DNA of 64,000 nt. Origin: Patescibacteria group bacterium (GTDB taxonomy: Bacteria; Patescibacteriota; Minisyncoccia; UBA6257; JACRHW01). Location of the stretch: the NCBI GenBank assembly GCA_028865725.1, contig JAGWJP010000002.1, forward strand, positions 168,050-232,049, read 5' to 3'. How positions within the stretch are numbered: position 1 is the stretch's first letter; every line of letters starts with the position of its first letter. The notes beneath the pieces are model-generated. The model did not search any database and had not been told where the DNA came from. It saw only the letters and a program-made list of their open reading frames with translations. The translations under genes and the position numbers were made by a program. This document shows positions 40,463 to 51,427 of this stretch, piece by piece.

Positions 40463-41713
40463 TTACTCAGCGTCTTCATCAGGTACGCCACTCTGGCTTT
40501 CCTGTTCTTCCCTGTCCTTTGATTCTTTGGCCTCTTCTTGTGTATCACCCGCTTCCTCTTTCACTTCTTTTTTGTGTTCTTTCGCCCCTTCCTTTTTCTT
40601 TCCTAGCGACTCAAGCTTCTCGTCGAGATCTTTCAGTGTCAGCATCAAACGCTTGTCCTGAGGATTTACCGACTCGATCACAAATTGATAGGTGGTTTTG
40701 TCTTTGAGAATCTCACGCATCGTCTGGATGTCACCAAACTTCGAAACATGAATAAGTCCATAAATATTTTCATCAACCCGAATAAACGCACCATAAGGAG
40801 TAAATTTGAATACCTCCCCATTAATCGTCGTTCCTGCAGGATACTTCTTTTCGATATTCATCCATGGATCTTCCTGAAGTGCCTTCAAAGAAAGAGACAC
40901 TTTGTTATTCTGAATATCAATAATTTTTGCGTTCACATGATCCCCGGGCTTTAAAAGCTCGTTAGGGTTATCAATCAATCCCCAGCTCAGCTCAGAAATA
41001 TGAATCAGCCCTTCAATATCCGGATTATTCTTAAACTTTACAAATGCGCCAAAATCCACCACTGCGGTTACTGTTCCCTCAATCACATCTCCTACGTTAT
41101 ATTCCGTAAGACGCTCTTTTAATTGCTCTTCGAAAATCTCTTTCTCTGAAACAATCAAACGCTCCTCTTTGGGATTGAGATCGATAATCTTGACTTCCAT
41201 GTCTTGTCCTACAAATTTCTGAAGTTCCTGGAGTATTTTGCCCTTATCGCCGCCATCAACGCGCGGATAGTGTTCCGGAGTAAGACGCGAAACCGGGAGA
41301 AACCCATTCACTCCGTTCACGGATACGAGAAGTCCTCCCTTGTTTGCTGCCATGATCTTCACCAGCACGGTCTCATTCGCATTTTTCCTCTCCTCTAATG
41401 TTTCCCATTCCTTGCGCTGCCCAAGATCTTTCAGTGAAAGCTCCACAAACCCGTCTTCATTCTCAATATCTGCAACTTTTACGGAAACCACATCGCCTGG
41501 ATTCAAATGCTTGATCGCCTCTCTTCCTAAACGATATTCGACACCAAACACAATCCCTGTGCCAAATGCACCGAGATCAATATACAGCGCTCTGTTTTGC
41601 TTGCTCAACACCGTGCCCTCCAACACCTCTCCTTGTTTTGGGGGCGTAGAAACATTCGCCTTCATGGCGCTTCTTAAATCTGACTCCTTTGGTTGAGATA
41701 ATTCTCCTACCAT
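40463..41713 (-). CDS. rpsA: 30S ribosomal protein bS1, four S1 domains
   Basis: ANKGGL, DFGAFV, EGLIHISELSW, YGAFI repeats; start placed at MVGELS. Confidence 0.92.
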   Translation of the reverse strand: MVGELSQPKESDLRSAMKANVSTPPKQGEVLEGTVLSKQNRALYIDLGAFGTGIVFGVEYRLGREAIKHLNPGDVVSVKVADIENEDGFVELSLKDLGQRKEWETLEERKNANETVLVKIMAANKGGLLVSVNGVNGFLPVSRLTPEHYPRVDGGDKGKILQELQKFVGQDMEVKIIDLNPKEERLIVSEKEIFEEQLKERLTEYNVGDVIEGTVTAVVDFGAFVKFKNNPDIEGLIHISELSWGLIDNPNELLKPGDHVNAKIIDIQNNKVSLSLKALQEDPWMNIEKKYPAGTTINGEVFKFTPYGAFIRVDENIYGLIHVSKFGDIQTMREILKDKTTYQFVIESVNPQDKRLMLTLKDLDEKLESLGKKKEGAKEHKKEVKEEAGDTQEEAKESKDREEQESQSGVPDEDAE

Positions 41714-41809
41714 AATGTGTAATACCTGCGCTTGATGCATGAGGTCATGCGTAATAGGCAGTGCATTCATTAAAGCAGATCTGCTACAAATGTCAAAAGA
41801 TCTTTCGTA

Positions 41810-41905
41810 GAGCCGCTTCTGTACACCCCGAGAGACGCGCGACCCGGTATCCCTCGTACCGAAGCGGATCAGGAAATACTCGGAACGTAAGAGCAGGGAA
41901 GTTCA
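41810..41905. ncRNA. Unidentified structured RNA candidate
   Basis: GC-rich long stem (CCGCTTC/GAAGCGG, GTAC/GTAC, CGAGAGA/TCCCTCG) in an intergenic region. Confidence 0.35.
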
Positions 41906-41970
41906 GTTTGTTGCATTTTGTAAAACGCGGTGGGGGTAGTATACTCAGGCTAAGAAAACAAAAATATACT

Positions 41971-42780
41971 ATGCCCGGCACAATAGAAAAACCAAGTGGA
42001 CAAAAACCAAAAGAAAAAACACAAGAATCACGAGCGATGATTTCCATGATTGCCGCATTGCGAGAACCAATGGAAAAACTCCTCGAGCAGCTACGCCCTT
42101 ATCTGGAAAAAGGAGAATATCAGCTTATAGTAGGCGATGATACCTCAGGAAGGATTCCTACCCTTATCTTTCGAAGAGTAATACAAGCTATCTATGAAGA
42201 AAAAGGGTATCCGTCACCGAAAACGATCTTTTTAGTAGGAAGAAGGCCGGCAATAAATTATAAGAAACAAGATATGACAATAGAATATGTAAAACACATC
42301 TTGCCAGAATTAAAGAAATCCCAAAAGTCCACGAATACGCCCCTCAAAGCGCTTATAGTCACCGAAGCGGTTGCTTCCGGAAATTCAGTTGAATTCCTCT
42401 CAGAATTACTCAGGGGGGCAGGAATTATGTCTGACGTAGCTGCGTTAGGAAGGGATGACCCCGCAAGGTCTGTCCAATATTTTGAAAACAAGCTAGGTGG
42501 CGGGAGATTTTTTTACGGAGAAGACGGAACGCCATCTATTTTCCATAAATCATACCTGAGCGGAGTTACTAAAGAGAGCCGGGACCAAATATTTTCAGAT
42601 ACGCTCGAGTCATACGAATATGATCGCGAAGTTTCTCTCACGTTGACTGACCACAGCGAAAGAGAAACCACCGCCCAAGACGCCGTAGGAATGACGCGCG
42701 AGGATATTAAAACACTTGGAAATGAACTCTTTGCACACTACCAAGAAGCACGTGCACAAGAGACGAAAATCACGTCATAG
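41971..42780 (+). CDS. Phosphoribosyltransferase-like hypothetical protein
   Basis: LIVGDDTSGRIP and ALIVTEAVASGNS, resembling a PRPP-binding loop. Confidence 0.55.
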   Translation: MPGTIEKPSGQKPKEKTQESRAMISMIAALREPMEKLLEQLRPYLEKGEYQLIVGDDTSGRIPTLIFRRVIQAIYEEKGYPSPKTIFLVGRRPAINYKKQDMTIEYVKHILPELKKSQKSTNTPLKALIVTEAVASGNSVEFLSELLRGAGIMSDVAALGRDDPARSVQYFENKLGGGRFFYGEDGTPSIFHKSYLSGVTKESRDQIFSDTLESYEYDREVSLTLTDHSERETTAQDAVGMTREDIKTLGNELFAHYQEARAQETKITS

Positions 42781-42900
42781 CAATAAAACAAGGACCGTGC
42801 GCAAGCTTCTCTTTTAAGGACTTCGAGCCTCTTCATATTCGTCTTGAATATCCGCGTTCGTTTTGCTACGATAGTGTATACATTTTTATATTCTTGAATC

Positions 42901-43542
42901 ATGGTTATTACATGGTATGGAGAGGCGTGCTTCAAAATCCAATCAGGAGACGTCACGCTCAAAACCGATCCCTTTGACAAAGCGTCTGCGGGGCTTACGA
43001 CCCCTTATTTTAATGCGAACGTAACTCTTCTTTCCCACGCCACACTTCCCGATTTCGAAACCTATGATGACGCGGGGCGAAACAATACCTCTCTTATCAG
43101 CTCACCGGGAGAATATGAAATGAAAGGAATGGTGGTGCGCGGGATCCAAATAAATATGGGGGGTGAGGGAATCGATACCGCCTATGTGATATCGTGGGGA
43201 GACTTAAAACTTATCCATCTTGGTTTTCTGAACACCGCAAAAATAAATTCGCGGCTTATGGAAGCGTGCGCAGATGCAGACATTATGTTTGTTCCGATCG
43301 GCAAACCGTATCTCGATGCAGGGGATGCTGCTACTATTGTGAATCAATTAAGCCCAAAAATTGCGATCCCTATGTGCTACGCGGTAAAAGGGTTGTCACG
43401 AAAGGCAGAAGATGCATCTGCATTTTTGAAAGAGCTTTCCGTATCTCCAGAACAACAGGATAAACTCACGATTAAGAAAAAAGATATCACCGAGGAGGAG
43501 CATACAGAAATAATCCTTTTAAATGCTCAGGCAAGCGCGTAA
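42901..43542 (+). CDS. Metallo-beta-lactamase-fold protein with degenerate metal site
   Basis: ITWYGEACFKI, TDPF, PGEYE, HLG, PKIAIPM; HxHxDH missing. Confidence 0.8.
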   Translation: MVITWYGEACFKIQSGDVTLKTDPFDKASAGLTTPYFNANVTLLSHATLPDFETYDDAGRNNTSLISSPGEYEMKGMVVRGIQINMGGEGIDTAYVISWGDLKLIHLGFLNTAKINSRLMEACADADIMFVPIGKPYLDAGDAATIVNQLSPKIAIPMCYAVKGLSRKAEDASAFLKELSVSPEQQDKLTIKKKDITEEEHTEIILLNAQASA

Positions 43543-43560
43543 CAACGCCCATCACCTGGT

Positions 43561-43878
43561 ATGGATGTAAAAGATCTCCCACTCTCCACACGAAAACGGC
43601 TTTTTGCTCTCATTGTGGGCGTAGCGGGATTCTTTGCTCTCCTGCTTTGGTTTGTCATGTTTGAGTCGCATATCCATGCATTAACTAAAGCCAATATCAT
43701 TGATGAAGTACTCAGCAAACAAGAGAATACAACGACAACGTCGTCAGATACACCTACGCCGCCGCCTTCGCTCGGATCGGTCATATCCTCGCTCGGTGCC
43801 AACATATGGGATATCACGATCTCTATCCCTCAACTATTTCATGCGCACGAAATAGACGTTAACAATACCCTTCACTAA
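43561..43878 (+). CDS. Single-TM hypothetical protein
   Basis: 105 aa in an apparent operon before gyrA. Confidence 0.65.
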   Translation: MDVKDLPLSTRKRLFALIVGVAGFFALLLWFVMFESHIHALTKANIIDEVLSKQENTTTTSSDTPTPPPSLGSVISSLGANIWDITISIPQLFHAHEIDVNNTLH

Positions 43879-43889
43879 CACGTCTCACT

Positions 43890-46325
43890 ATGGAGGAAAT
43901 CCACAAAGAAGAAAAAATACAAAAGCAGAATATTACTGAAGAACTTGAAACATCGTATATTGACTACGCGATGTCGGTAATCGTCAGTCGCGCGCTTCCT
44001 GATGTGCGTGACGGCTTAAAACCGGTGCATCGGCGCATTCTCTATACGATGTGGGATTCCGGACTCATTCACACGGCAAAATTCAAAAAATGCGCAAATG
44101 TAGTCGGTGAGGTGCTTGGACGCTATCATCCTCACGGCGATTCAGCCGTCTATGACTCGCTCGTTCGTATGGCGCAGGATTTTTCCCTCCGCTATCCCCT
44201 CGTGCTCGGTCAAGGAAACTTCGGTTCTATTGATGGTGACAGTGCGGCAGCCTATCGTTACACTGAGGCAAAACTATCCGCAATTGCTGAAGAAATGCTG
44301 GTGGATCTCGACAAAGAAACTGTTGATATGCACGATAACTATGATGGAAGCCGCAAAGAGCCCGCCGTACTCCCCGCCAAACTGCCCAACCTTCTTTTGA
44401 ATGGCACGAGTGGAATTGCGGTCGGCATGGCGACCAACATCCCTCCTCACAATCTTTCGGAGGTATCAGATGCAATCCTGCATCTTGCGGACAATCCCAA
44501 AGCGACGATAGAAGACCTTATGCAATATATTAAGGGTCCCGATTTCCCGACCGGAGGCATTATTTACGATAAAAAGGCGATCCGAGAAGCCTATGTGACA
44601 GGACGCGGTCCTGTCACTATGCGCGCGCGCGCGGATGTAGAAGAAAAAAAGGGAGGACGCATTGAAATTGTAATTCAGGAAATCCCCTATCAAGTCAACA
44701 AGTCCGACCTCATCGTAAAAATCGCCGAGCTTGTCACCGATAAGCGCATTGAGGGTATCCGCGATTTACGCGACGAATCCGATCGCGAGGGGCTTCGTAT
44801 TGTGATTGAGCTCAAATCTGATGCACAACCGCAAAAGATCTTGAACCAGCTCTACTCGATGACCGATCTTCAAAAGAATTTCCCATTTAACATGGTCGCG
44901 CTTGTCGATGGATTGCAGCCGCAAACCTTTTCTCTCAAAGGACTTCTTGAACACTTTTTGAAACATCGTGAAATCGTCGTACGCCGCCGTGCGCAGTATG
45001 AATTGCGAAAAGCAGAAGAGCGGGCCCATATCCTCGAAGGACTAAGCAAAGCGCTCGATCACATCGATGAAGTGATTGCCATCATAAAAAAATCAGAAAG
45101 CAAAGAAGACGCAAAAGAGCATCTGATGAAAAAATTTGGGCTCACAACCATTCAGACGGACGCCATTTTGGAAATGAAACTTCAGACGCTTGCAGGACTT
45201 GAACGCAAAAAAATACATGATGAGCTCAAAGAAAAACGAGATCTTATCGCTGAATTAAAGGCCTTGCTCGCCGATCCTAAAAAAGTGCTGGGTGTTGTAA
45301 AAAAAGAAGTACAAGAAATAAAAGAAAAGTTTGGCGATGAACGTCGTACAAAAGTCGTTGCATCCCCTATTGGCGAATTCCACGAGGAAGATCTCATTCC
45401 TGAAGAGGAGGTTGTCATCACCATGTCTTCTGACGGGTATATCAAACGTCTTCCCTCCGCAACTTTCAAAGTGCAAAAGCGCGGGGGTAAAGGAGTCATC
45501 GGATTTGAAACGAAAGAAGACTTTGTGACCCACCTCTTTCACGCGCACTCTCACGATAATATCCTGTTCTTCACAAGCAGCGGGCGCGTATTTCAAACCA
45601 AAGTATACGAAATACCGGCCGCCACCCGCACCAGCCGTGGGCGCTCTGTCTTCAACTTTCTCGATATTCCCCACGACGAACGGGTGACTGCCATGTTAAA
45701 TTATGGCGGTGGTGGAGAAGAGGGGCCGAAATATCTTGTGATGGTCACCAAAAAAGGCGTGATCAAAAAAACGGACATTGCCGAGTTTGCTCAAGTACGA
45801 CGTTCTGGCATTATCGCGATCAAACTTGATAAGAACGACGAGCTTCATTGGACATCATTCTCCTCTGGGACAAATGAAATCATTATTGTCACGAAATCAG
45901 GCCAAGCGCTGCGCTTTCCTGAAAAAGATGTACGCGCAATGGGACGCGCCGCACAAGGTGTCCGCGCTATTCGCCTGAAAGGCGCTGATGAGGTAAGTGA
46001 TATGTCCGTCGTCGGCGATCCGAAGTCGCAAATTCTTGTGATCACAGAACATGGCTACGGAAAACGCACTCCGCTCAAAGAATATCGAAAGCAAAAACGC
46101 GGGGGCAGCGGTATTAAAACAGCAAACGTCACCAAGAAAACAGGATTCGTCATTGCTGCGCGCGCACTCGTGACTACAGAAGTAGAACTTATTGCGATCA
46201 CTGAGAAAGGACAGACGCTGCGCACCGGAGTGGACTCCATTCGCGAGCTTGGGCGCGCCACACAAGGCGTCCGCATCATGAATGTAGACTCAGAAGACGC
46301 CATCGCAGGAATCACGATTGTCTGA
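43890..46325 (+). CDS. gyrA: DNA gyrase subunit A
   Basis: [29 protein letters not shown], GyrA box QKRGGKG. Confidence 0.98.
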   Translation: MEEIHKEEKIQKQNITEELETSYIDYAMSVIVSRALPDVRDGLKPVHRRILYTMWDSGLIHTAKFKKCANVVGEVLGRYHPHGDSAVYDSLVRMAQDFSLRYPLVLGQGNFGSIDGDSAAAYRYTEAKLSAIAEEMLVDLDKETVDMHDNYDGSRKEPAVLPAKLPNLLLNGTSGIAVGMATNIPPHNLSEVSDAILHLADNPKATIEDLMQYIKGPDFPTGGIIYDKKAIREAYVTGRGPVTMRARADVEEKKGGRIEIVIQEIPYQVNKSDLIVKIAELVTDKRIEGIRDLRDESDREGLRIVIELKSDAQPQKILNQLYSMTDLQKNFPFNMVALVDGLQPQTFSLKGLLEHFLKHREIVVRRRAQYELRKAEERAHILEGLSKALDHIDEVIAIIKKSESKEDAKEHLMKKFGLTTIQTDAILEMKLQTLAGLERKKIHDELKEKRDLIAELKALLADPKKVLGVVKKEVQEIKEKFGDERRTKVVASPIGEFHEEDLIPEEEVVITMSSDGYIKRLPSATFKVQKRGGKGVIGFETKEDFVTHLFHAHSHDNILFFTSSGRVFQTKVYEIPAATRTSRGRSVFNFLDIPHDERVTAMLNYGGGGEEGPKYLVMVTKKGVIKKTDIAEFAQVRRSGIIAIKLDKNDELHWTSFSSGTNEIIIVTKSGQALRFPEKDVRAMGRAAQGVRAIRLKGADEVSDMSVVGDPKSQILVITEHGYGKRTPLKEYRKQKRGGSGIKTANVTKKTGFVIAARALVTTEVELIAITEKGQTLRTGVDSIRELGRATQGVRIMNVDSEDAIAGITIV

Positions 46326-46569
46326 CGTACCACTCGCCACTAGGGTTTAGGGTTTCGGATCTTGGAATGAGAGAATCTAGAAAATAGAAAATAGTATTCA
46401 AGCGCAGTCGAGAACCTTCCTTTTCATATCTTATATGCTTGTTTAATGACGTAATCTTTTATGCTGGATACAAGATACGAGATGCGATATAATAAAAACA
46501 TACTATTTACTACGTCATAAGAAGCAGTATCCGCTGCAGAGCACGCACTGCTGTTTCTCTCACCGTTCT

Positions 46570-47913
46570 ATGCAAACTGCATCGCTTACACAACAGCAAA
46601 AAGCAATCCTCGGGATCGGAGGTGTTCTCATTCTCATTCTTGTATTGGGGTTCACAGGGATTATTCCTGGACTGAGAAAAAAACCCAGCGCGACCCGACA
46701 GATTTCTTCTCTTACGGTATGGGGGGTAGGAGATGATAAATCAGTATTTGATTCAATCTTCCCCGGATTCGGAGTCTCTATCACCTACGTCAAAAAGGAT
46801 TACGCGACCTACGAACAAGATCTCATTACCGCACTTGCGGCAGGAGAAGGACCCGACGTATTTATGATTCACGATGCATGGCTCCCTAAATACCAAAACC
46901 TGGTTACGCCCGCGCCCGCAGATCTCATTACTCCGCTCACGGTACAAAAACAATTTCCCGACGTAGTCTCGCAAGATTTTATACGCAATGGGAATATTTA
47001 TGCGCTTCCATTGTCGATCGACACGCTCGCCCTTTTTTATGACAAGGATATCTTTAACGGCTCGTTTGTGAGCGCTCCTCCCCGCACATGGGGACAGCTT
47101 GAGACGCTTGCAACCCGTCTTACGAAGCGCGACGCGACGGGTGCCATTACCCAGTCAGGCATTGCCCTGGGAGGATCTGCAACCAACGTCGATAAAGCCG
47201 CGGATATTTTGAGTATGTTGATGATCCAGAACGGATCAAAAATGAGCGATGGGGCAAGCTACACCTCGGCACTCGATACGCCACTTACAATAGGAGGAGG
47301 ACAGCCTGGCGTTGACGCATTAAAATTCTATCTCCAGTTCGCAGACCCTCACTCTTCGTTCTTTACGTGGGACACCTCGCAGCACTATTCGATTGATGCC
47401 TTCTCCTATAATCCTTCGGTGAATAACAAGGTGGCAATGATGATCAACTACCATTATCAAATTCCTACGCTTCTTGCCAAAAATCCCAACCTAAACTTTG
47501 GTGTTGCCACGCTCCCCCAGCAAGATTCAGCGACAGAAGCTCAATACGCCACCTATCCCGATTATTGGGGCTATGCGGTTTCAAAAGCAAGTAAAGACCC
47601 CGCGCTTGCGTGGAAATTTGTACTCTACCTTACGGCATACAATCAGGCGAAAACATATTTACAAAACACACACAACCCCCCCGCATTGCGTGCGTTGATT
47701 CAAAATGATCAAAACGATCCTATTCTCTCTGTGTTTGCCAACCAAATCTTGATTGCAAAATCATGGGTGCGCCCGGGACATGAGACGACAAATTCCGTGC
47801 TCTCAAATGCCATAAGCAGTGTGCAACAAGGCCTCCTGTCCCCCGACGAAGCGATTTCCGCCGCAAACCAACAGCTCAATGCCCTTTTTAACGCCATCCC
47901 TAACAAACAATAA
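46570..47913 (+). CDS. Extracellular solute-binding protein (sugar-binding family)
   Basis: N-terminal TM; ALAAGEGPDVF, YALPLSIDTLALFY, AWKFVLYLT. Confidence 0.88.
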   Translation: MQTASLTQQQKAILGIGGVLILILVLGFTGIIPGLRKKPSATRQISSLTVWGVGDDKSVFDSIFPGFGVSITYVKKDYATYEQDLITALAAGEGPDVFMIHDAWLPKYQNLVTPAPADLITPLTVQKQFPDVVSQDFIRNGNIYALPLSIDTLALFYDKDIFNGSFVSAPPRTWGQLETLATRLTKRDATGAITQSGIALGGSATNVDKAADILSMLMIQNGSKMSDGASYTSALDTPLTIGGGQPGVDALKFYLQFADPHSSFFTWDTSQHYSIDAFSYNPSVNNKVAMMINYHYQIPTLLAKNPNLNFGVATLPQQDSATEAQYATYPDYWGYAVSKASKDPALAWKFVLYLTAYNQAKTYLQNTHNPPALRALIQNDQNDPILSVFANQILIAKSWVRPGHETTNSVLSNAISSVQQGLLSPDEAISAANQQLNALFNAIPNKQ

Positions 47914-47920
47914 TACCCCC

Positions 47921-48247
47921 ATGAAACACACTGTGCGTATTGTAGGCCTCTCATCCTTCTTGCTCCTCTTCCCGCTGCTTGCATTAGCCGATCAGTTTAC
48001 AGGATTTCAAAATCCGCTTTCCTCAAATAGCGTCTTTGATATCATTAACAATGTCACCGCCTTCTTGCAGCCCTTCGCTGCTGCGGTCGTCGTGATTATG
48101 ATTTTAGTCGGCGCATTCCAGATTCTCACCGGAAACCCTTCTCAAATAACCACAGGGAGAAAAACAATTCTGTGGGCCGTGATCGGATTTGCTATCATTT
48201 TCCTGACACCGATTATTATCGGAGCCATCCAGGAATTTTTTAAGTAG
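47921..48247 (+). CDS. TrbC/VirB2-like pilin 1
   Basis: Signal peptide; two TMs with GNP....GRKTILWAVIG. Confidence 0.8.
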   Translation: MKHTVRIVGLSSFLLLFPLLALADQFTGFQNPLSSNSVFDIINNVTAFLQPFAAAVVVIMILVGAFQILTGNPSQITTGRKTILWAVIGFAIIFLTPIIIGAIQEFFK

Positions 48248-48330
48248 CGTTTTGTTCTGTTTGAGACCGCGCCGCCTCTGCTATCCCCTTGTACCGAAAA
48301 TCAAAACCGTTATAATAAAAGTGAACACGT

Positions 48331-48666
48331 ATGAAGACACCACGCGCACGAACACTTACCTTCTGGTTTACGCTCGCCTCGTTTTTCGGAGCCCTTCCTG
48401 CGTTTGCTGACTTGGGTCCGAATCAACAAAAGATTATTGATCTCGTCTACTCGGTCGCGGATTTCATGGGCGGGCTTTTTCTTGCCGTGTCCGTGTGCAT
48501 GTTTCTCTATACAGGGTATCTCTATTTTACCGCGCAGGGAGACCCCGGAAAGATCACCAAGGTCAATCAGGCCCTCCTCTGGGCTGTAGTAGGCACTGGA
48601 ATAGGGCTTCTCGCGTTTGTGATGCCGCAAGTTATCAATACATTTTTAAGCAACGCGACTCAATAA
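48331..48666 (+). CDS. TrbC/VirB2-like pilin 2
   Basis: GYLYFTAQGDPGKI...LLWAVVG. Confidence 0.8.
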   Translation: MKTPRARTLTFWFTLASFFGALPAFADLGPNQQKIIDLVYSVADFMGGLFLAVSVCMFLYTGYLYFTAQGDPGKITKVNQALLWAVVGTGIGLLAFVMPQVINTFLSNATQ

Positions 48667-48735
48667 ACTTAGCATTTCGATAGAATGGTAACGAAAAGGT
48701 CGATGATTATCTATATTTAACTTCACTCAATCACA

Positions 48736-49095
48736 ATGAAAAAAACAATTATAAGCCTTGCTGCACTAACCCTCGGATCACTCCCCATGCTCGCAGCCGC
48801 GCAAGCACAAGGTCCAAGCGCGGGCGGTGGAAACTATGTAACACAAATTGGTAGCCCAAGAACAGTTCTTCAAAATGTTACCAATACCATTGCCTCTCTT
48901 TTCCTCTTTGCTTCCGTTATCTATCTTGTGCTTGCCGGATTTCAATACCTTACCGCAGGAGGAGATAGTGAAAAGATGGGCAAAGCAAAAACAAACTTTA
49001 CCTATTCCATTATTGGTATTGCCATAGGTCTTCTTGCTTATGCGCTTCCGGGTCTTATCAGCAGCTTTCTTCAAGGTAGTGGAACACTCCAATAA
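48736..49095 (+). CDS. TrbC/VirB2-like pilin 3
   Basis: GFQYLTAGGDSEKMGKAK..TYSIIG; followed by a hairpin terminator. Confidence 0.82.
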   Translation: MKKTIISLAALTLGSLPMLAAAQAQGPSAGGGNYVTQIGSPRTVLQNVTNTIASLFLFASVIYLVLAGFQYLTAGGDSEKMGKAKTNFTYSIIGIAIGLLAYALPGLISSFLQGSGTLQ

Positions 49096-49190
49096 TACAA
49101 AAGAACTGCCTCAGACTTACACAAACCCCTCAATCAGGGGTTTGTTGGTTTTTTGTATTCTTCTCTGGTATACTTAAGGAAAATCCTATC

Positions 49191-49532
49191 ATGAAATACG
49201 TCAAAACATTTTTGTGCTATGCATTCTACGCAGCCCCGTTATTTGCAAACGCTGCCTCTATCCCTACTCAATTTGTCCAAACAGCTCCCATCCCCATCCT
49301 ATTTGTCCAATCCATTCTCGATTTTATTGCCTCCTTGTTCCTGTTTGGATCAGTAATTTATCTGCTTTATGCAGGATATCTCTTTTTTATTGCAGAAGGA
49401 GATCCCAAAAAAATAGACACCGCAAAAAACAATCTGAGGTGGAGCATCATAGGAATCGGCGTCGGCCTTCTTGCGTATGTATTGCCTCAGGTAATCAAAA
49501 CATTTCTCGATTCTTCCGGATTAGTACGGTAA
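49191..49532 (+). CDS. TrbC/VirB2-like pilin 4
   Basis: GYLFFIAEGDPKKIDTAK..WSIIG; most similar to pilin 3. Confidence 0.82.
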   Translation: MKYVKTFLCYAFYAAPLFANAASIPTQFVQTAPIPILFVQSILDFIASLFLFGSVIYLLYAGYLFFIAEGDPKKIDTAKNNLRWSIIGIGVGLLAYVLPQVIKTFLDSSGLVR

Positions 49533-49542
49533 CCATGAGAAG

Positions 49543-50109
49543 CTAGGAAAAGAGAGCCTGATGAGGCTCGCCTTTTTTATAGATAAAAAGTTTTTCAAAT
49601 CGTTCTTCAGCAGGATACGTTACTATCGTTTCAATCGGTTCCCAGTATGGAAAAAAACTAGTGTTAGTAATTATAACTGCCCCGGCTTTTAGCTCTTCAC
49701 GTAATTTTTTTTCAAGTTCAGGCATAAGTTCCTTCAAAAGATATGCGTACACCACATCCGCCTCAGAAAGATTGATAGCGAAAAAATCCCCACGCATAAA
49801 CACTGTGGGCGATTGATGTACCCACCCTCTTATTTTTGCAAGAATGATCCTTATTCTATGATTATCAATTCCATATACTCTAAGATGCGGGATCCTTTTC
49901 TGAAGACTCATAGCAAAAAACCCACGTGCGCAACCTAAATCATAACATATGGCCCCAAAAGGGGCGTGTGCCTGAATAATGTCAAAAATCTTCTCGCACG
50001 CACGAGTACTCGTCGCAAGATCATTGCTTCCTAGTATTGTATCCGTAAGAAACAAAAAATAGCCCACCAATACACCCACAAGAATGATAAGCATTAAAAG
50101 TTCAAGCAT
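49543..50109 (-). CDS. Membrane-anchored class I SAM methyltransferase
   Basis: YDLGCARG, GDFFAINLSEADVVYAYL, LEKKLREELK. Confidence 0.88.
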   Translation of the reverse strand: MLELLMLIILVGVLVGYFLFLTDTILGSNDLATSTRACEKIFDIIQAHAPFGAICYDLGCARGFFAMSLQKRIPHLRVYGIDNHRIRIILAKIRGWVHQSPTVFMRGDFFAINLSEADVVYAYLLKELMPELEKKLREELKAGAVIITNTSFFPYWEPIETIVTYPAEERFEKLFIYKKGEPHQALFS

Positions 50110-51292
50110 AATATTTAAGTGCCATTTTTAAAATTGCGCCTGCAATATTTTGAGGTTGTCCGCGATAAGGGTAATGATGCATATCAATATAGGGAAGGCT
50201 GTTCAACTCAATAATAGCGCATACCTGATCTTTCCAAGAACGTGCTACCGATTCTCCTATGAAATCAATTCCCACAATAGTCATACCAAAAAGATTTGCT
50301 ACATTTTTAAACAACTCTATATTGTCCGGATGTAACGAGTGGGTTAATTCAATGATGTCCGCCCCAAGATCTAATATTACCTTTTTTTGAAGCACTACTA
50401 TTTCTCCCGCACTCGGAACCGATGAATACCTCATTCCTTGTTCCTTAAGAAGCTCATCGCTCGTGGCATCTAATATAATATGGTAATGAGTTGTATTTTT
50501 GTGTGGGGATTTTTTTCTTCGCGAATCGGCGTTTTTTATTGCCACAAGTTCCTGAACAGTATTGATGCCATCCCCCACCACATGTGCAGGTATACGTTCG
50601 ACACATGCAACAAAATCTCCATCTATTACTGTCGCACGAAACACATGCATATTGGGTAAGTATTGCTCCACAATTACACAGGGCTCATAACGCAATGCGC
50701 GTTCAATTCCATCTTCCAATTGTTGTTCAGAAGTAATATGAGTAGTAATGTGATGACTAATCGATCCACTGCGAGGTTTCACCATAAGAGGAAACCCTAA
50801 AGAAAGGCCATAGCGAAACGCTTGTTTCTTCTGAAAAAACCAAAAATTCTTTCCCTCGGGAGTAATGATGTTCTGTTGGGCAAGAATCTTTTTAACTGCA
50901 GCCTTATCATCAACAAGAGAACTATATTTTGAACTCGATAGTTCTGTGCATGGCAATCCCTCAAACCATACTGACCTCTTACCTATTCGCATAACAAATT
51001 CATTTGTGTATCCAAACGGAGTACGTGTCGCAGCACACGTGATCCCTTGTTTTCTTGCCTCATCAATAAACACAGTGGTGCGCAATGATATATCGTCATA
51101 AGAAAAATCATTCTCAAGACGCAAAATTCCTACCATTTTGAATAGCACCCGTATCGGAGCAAAAAACGTATATACGAATTTATTTCTCAGTTTTGGCAGA
51201 CAATATTCAATGAAACTATCGATATACTTTTCATAATGATTCACAGGAAGAGGACCGCAATCCTTACAATATTTCGACTTTAGGCGTATCAT
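50102..51292 (-). CDS. ATP-grasp ligase (cyanophycin synthetase/GshF-like grasp domain)
   Basis: DDKAAVKKIL, PLMVKP, ERIPAHVVGDG..TVQEL, GIDF, IIELNSLP; N-terminal CKDC. Confidence 0.85.
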   Translation of the reverse strand: MIRLKSKYCKDCGPLPVNHYEKYIDSFIEYCLPKLRNKFVYTFFAPIRVLFKMVGILRLENDFSYDDISLRTTVFIDEARKQGITCAATRTPFGYTNEFVMRIGKRSVWFEGLPCTELSSSKYSSLVDDKAAVKKILAQQNIITPEGKNFWFFQKKQAFRYGLSLGFPLMVKPRSGSISHHITTHITSEQQLEDGIERALRYEPCVIVEQYLPNMHVFRATVIDGDFVACVERIPAHVVGDGINTVQELVAIKNADSRRKKSPHKNTTHYHIILDATSDELLKEQGMRYSSVPSAGEIVVLQKKVILDLGADIIELTHSLHPDNIELFKNVANLFGMTIVGIDFIGESVARSWKDQVCAIIELNSLPYIDMHHYPYRGQPQNIAGAILKMALKYYA

Positions 51293-51338
51293 AACTTGAT
51301 TTATTGGGTCAAACTTGTTTATTATTGTAATACATCTC

Positions 51339-51410
51339 GGGCGACTAGTGACAGGGGCAGAAGGCTGTCCTGATAAGATACGCGAGGGTGCCAGTCGGCA
51401 CGCATGCGCG
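51339..51410 (+). pseudogene. Degenerate 5'-part copy of tRNA-Ile carrying a 30-nt hairpin
   Basis: GGGCGACTAG...GCTGTCCTGATAAGA then CGCGAGGGTGCCAGTCGGCACGCATGCGCG. Confidence 0.7.
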
Positions 51411-51427
51411 AAAGTCACATAAAAAGA

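Noticed and set aside
46341-46356. TTTAGGG-like telomeric repeat
   Set aside because: Two units in a bacterial intergenic gap; better treated as part of the heptamer patches.
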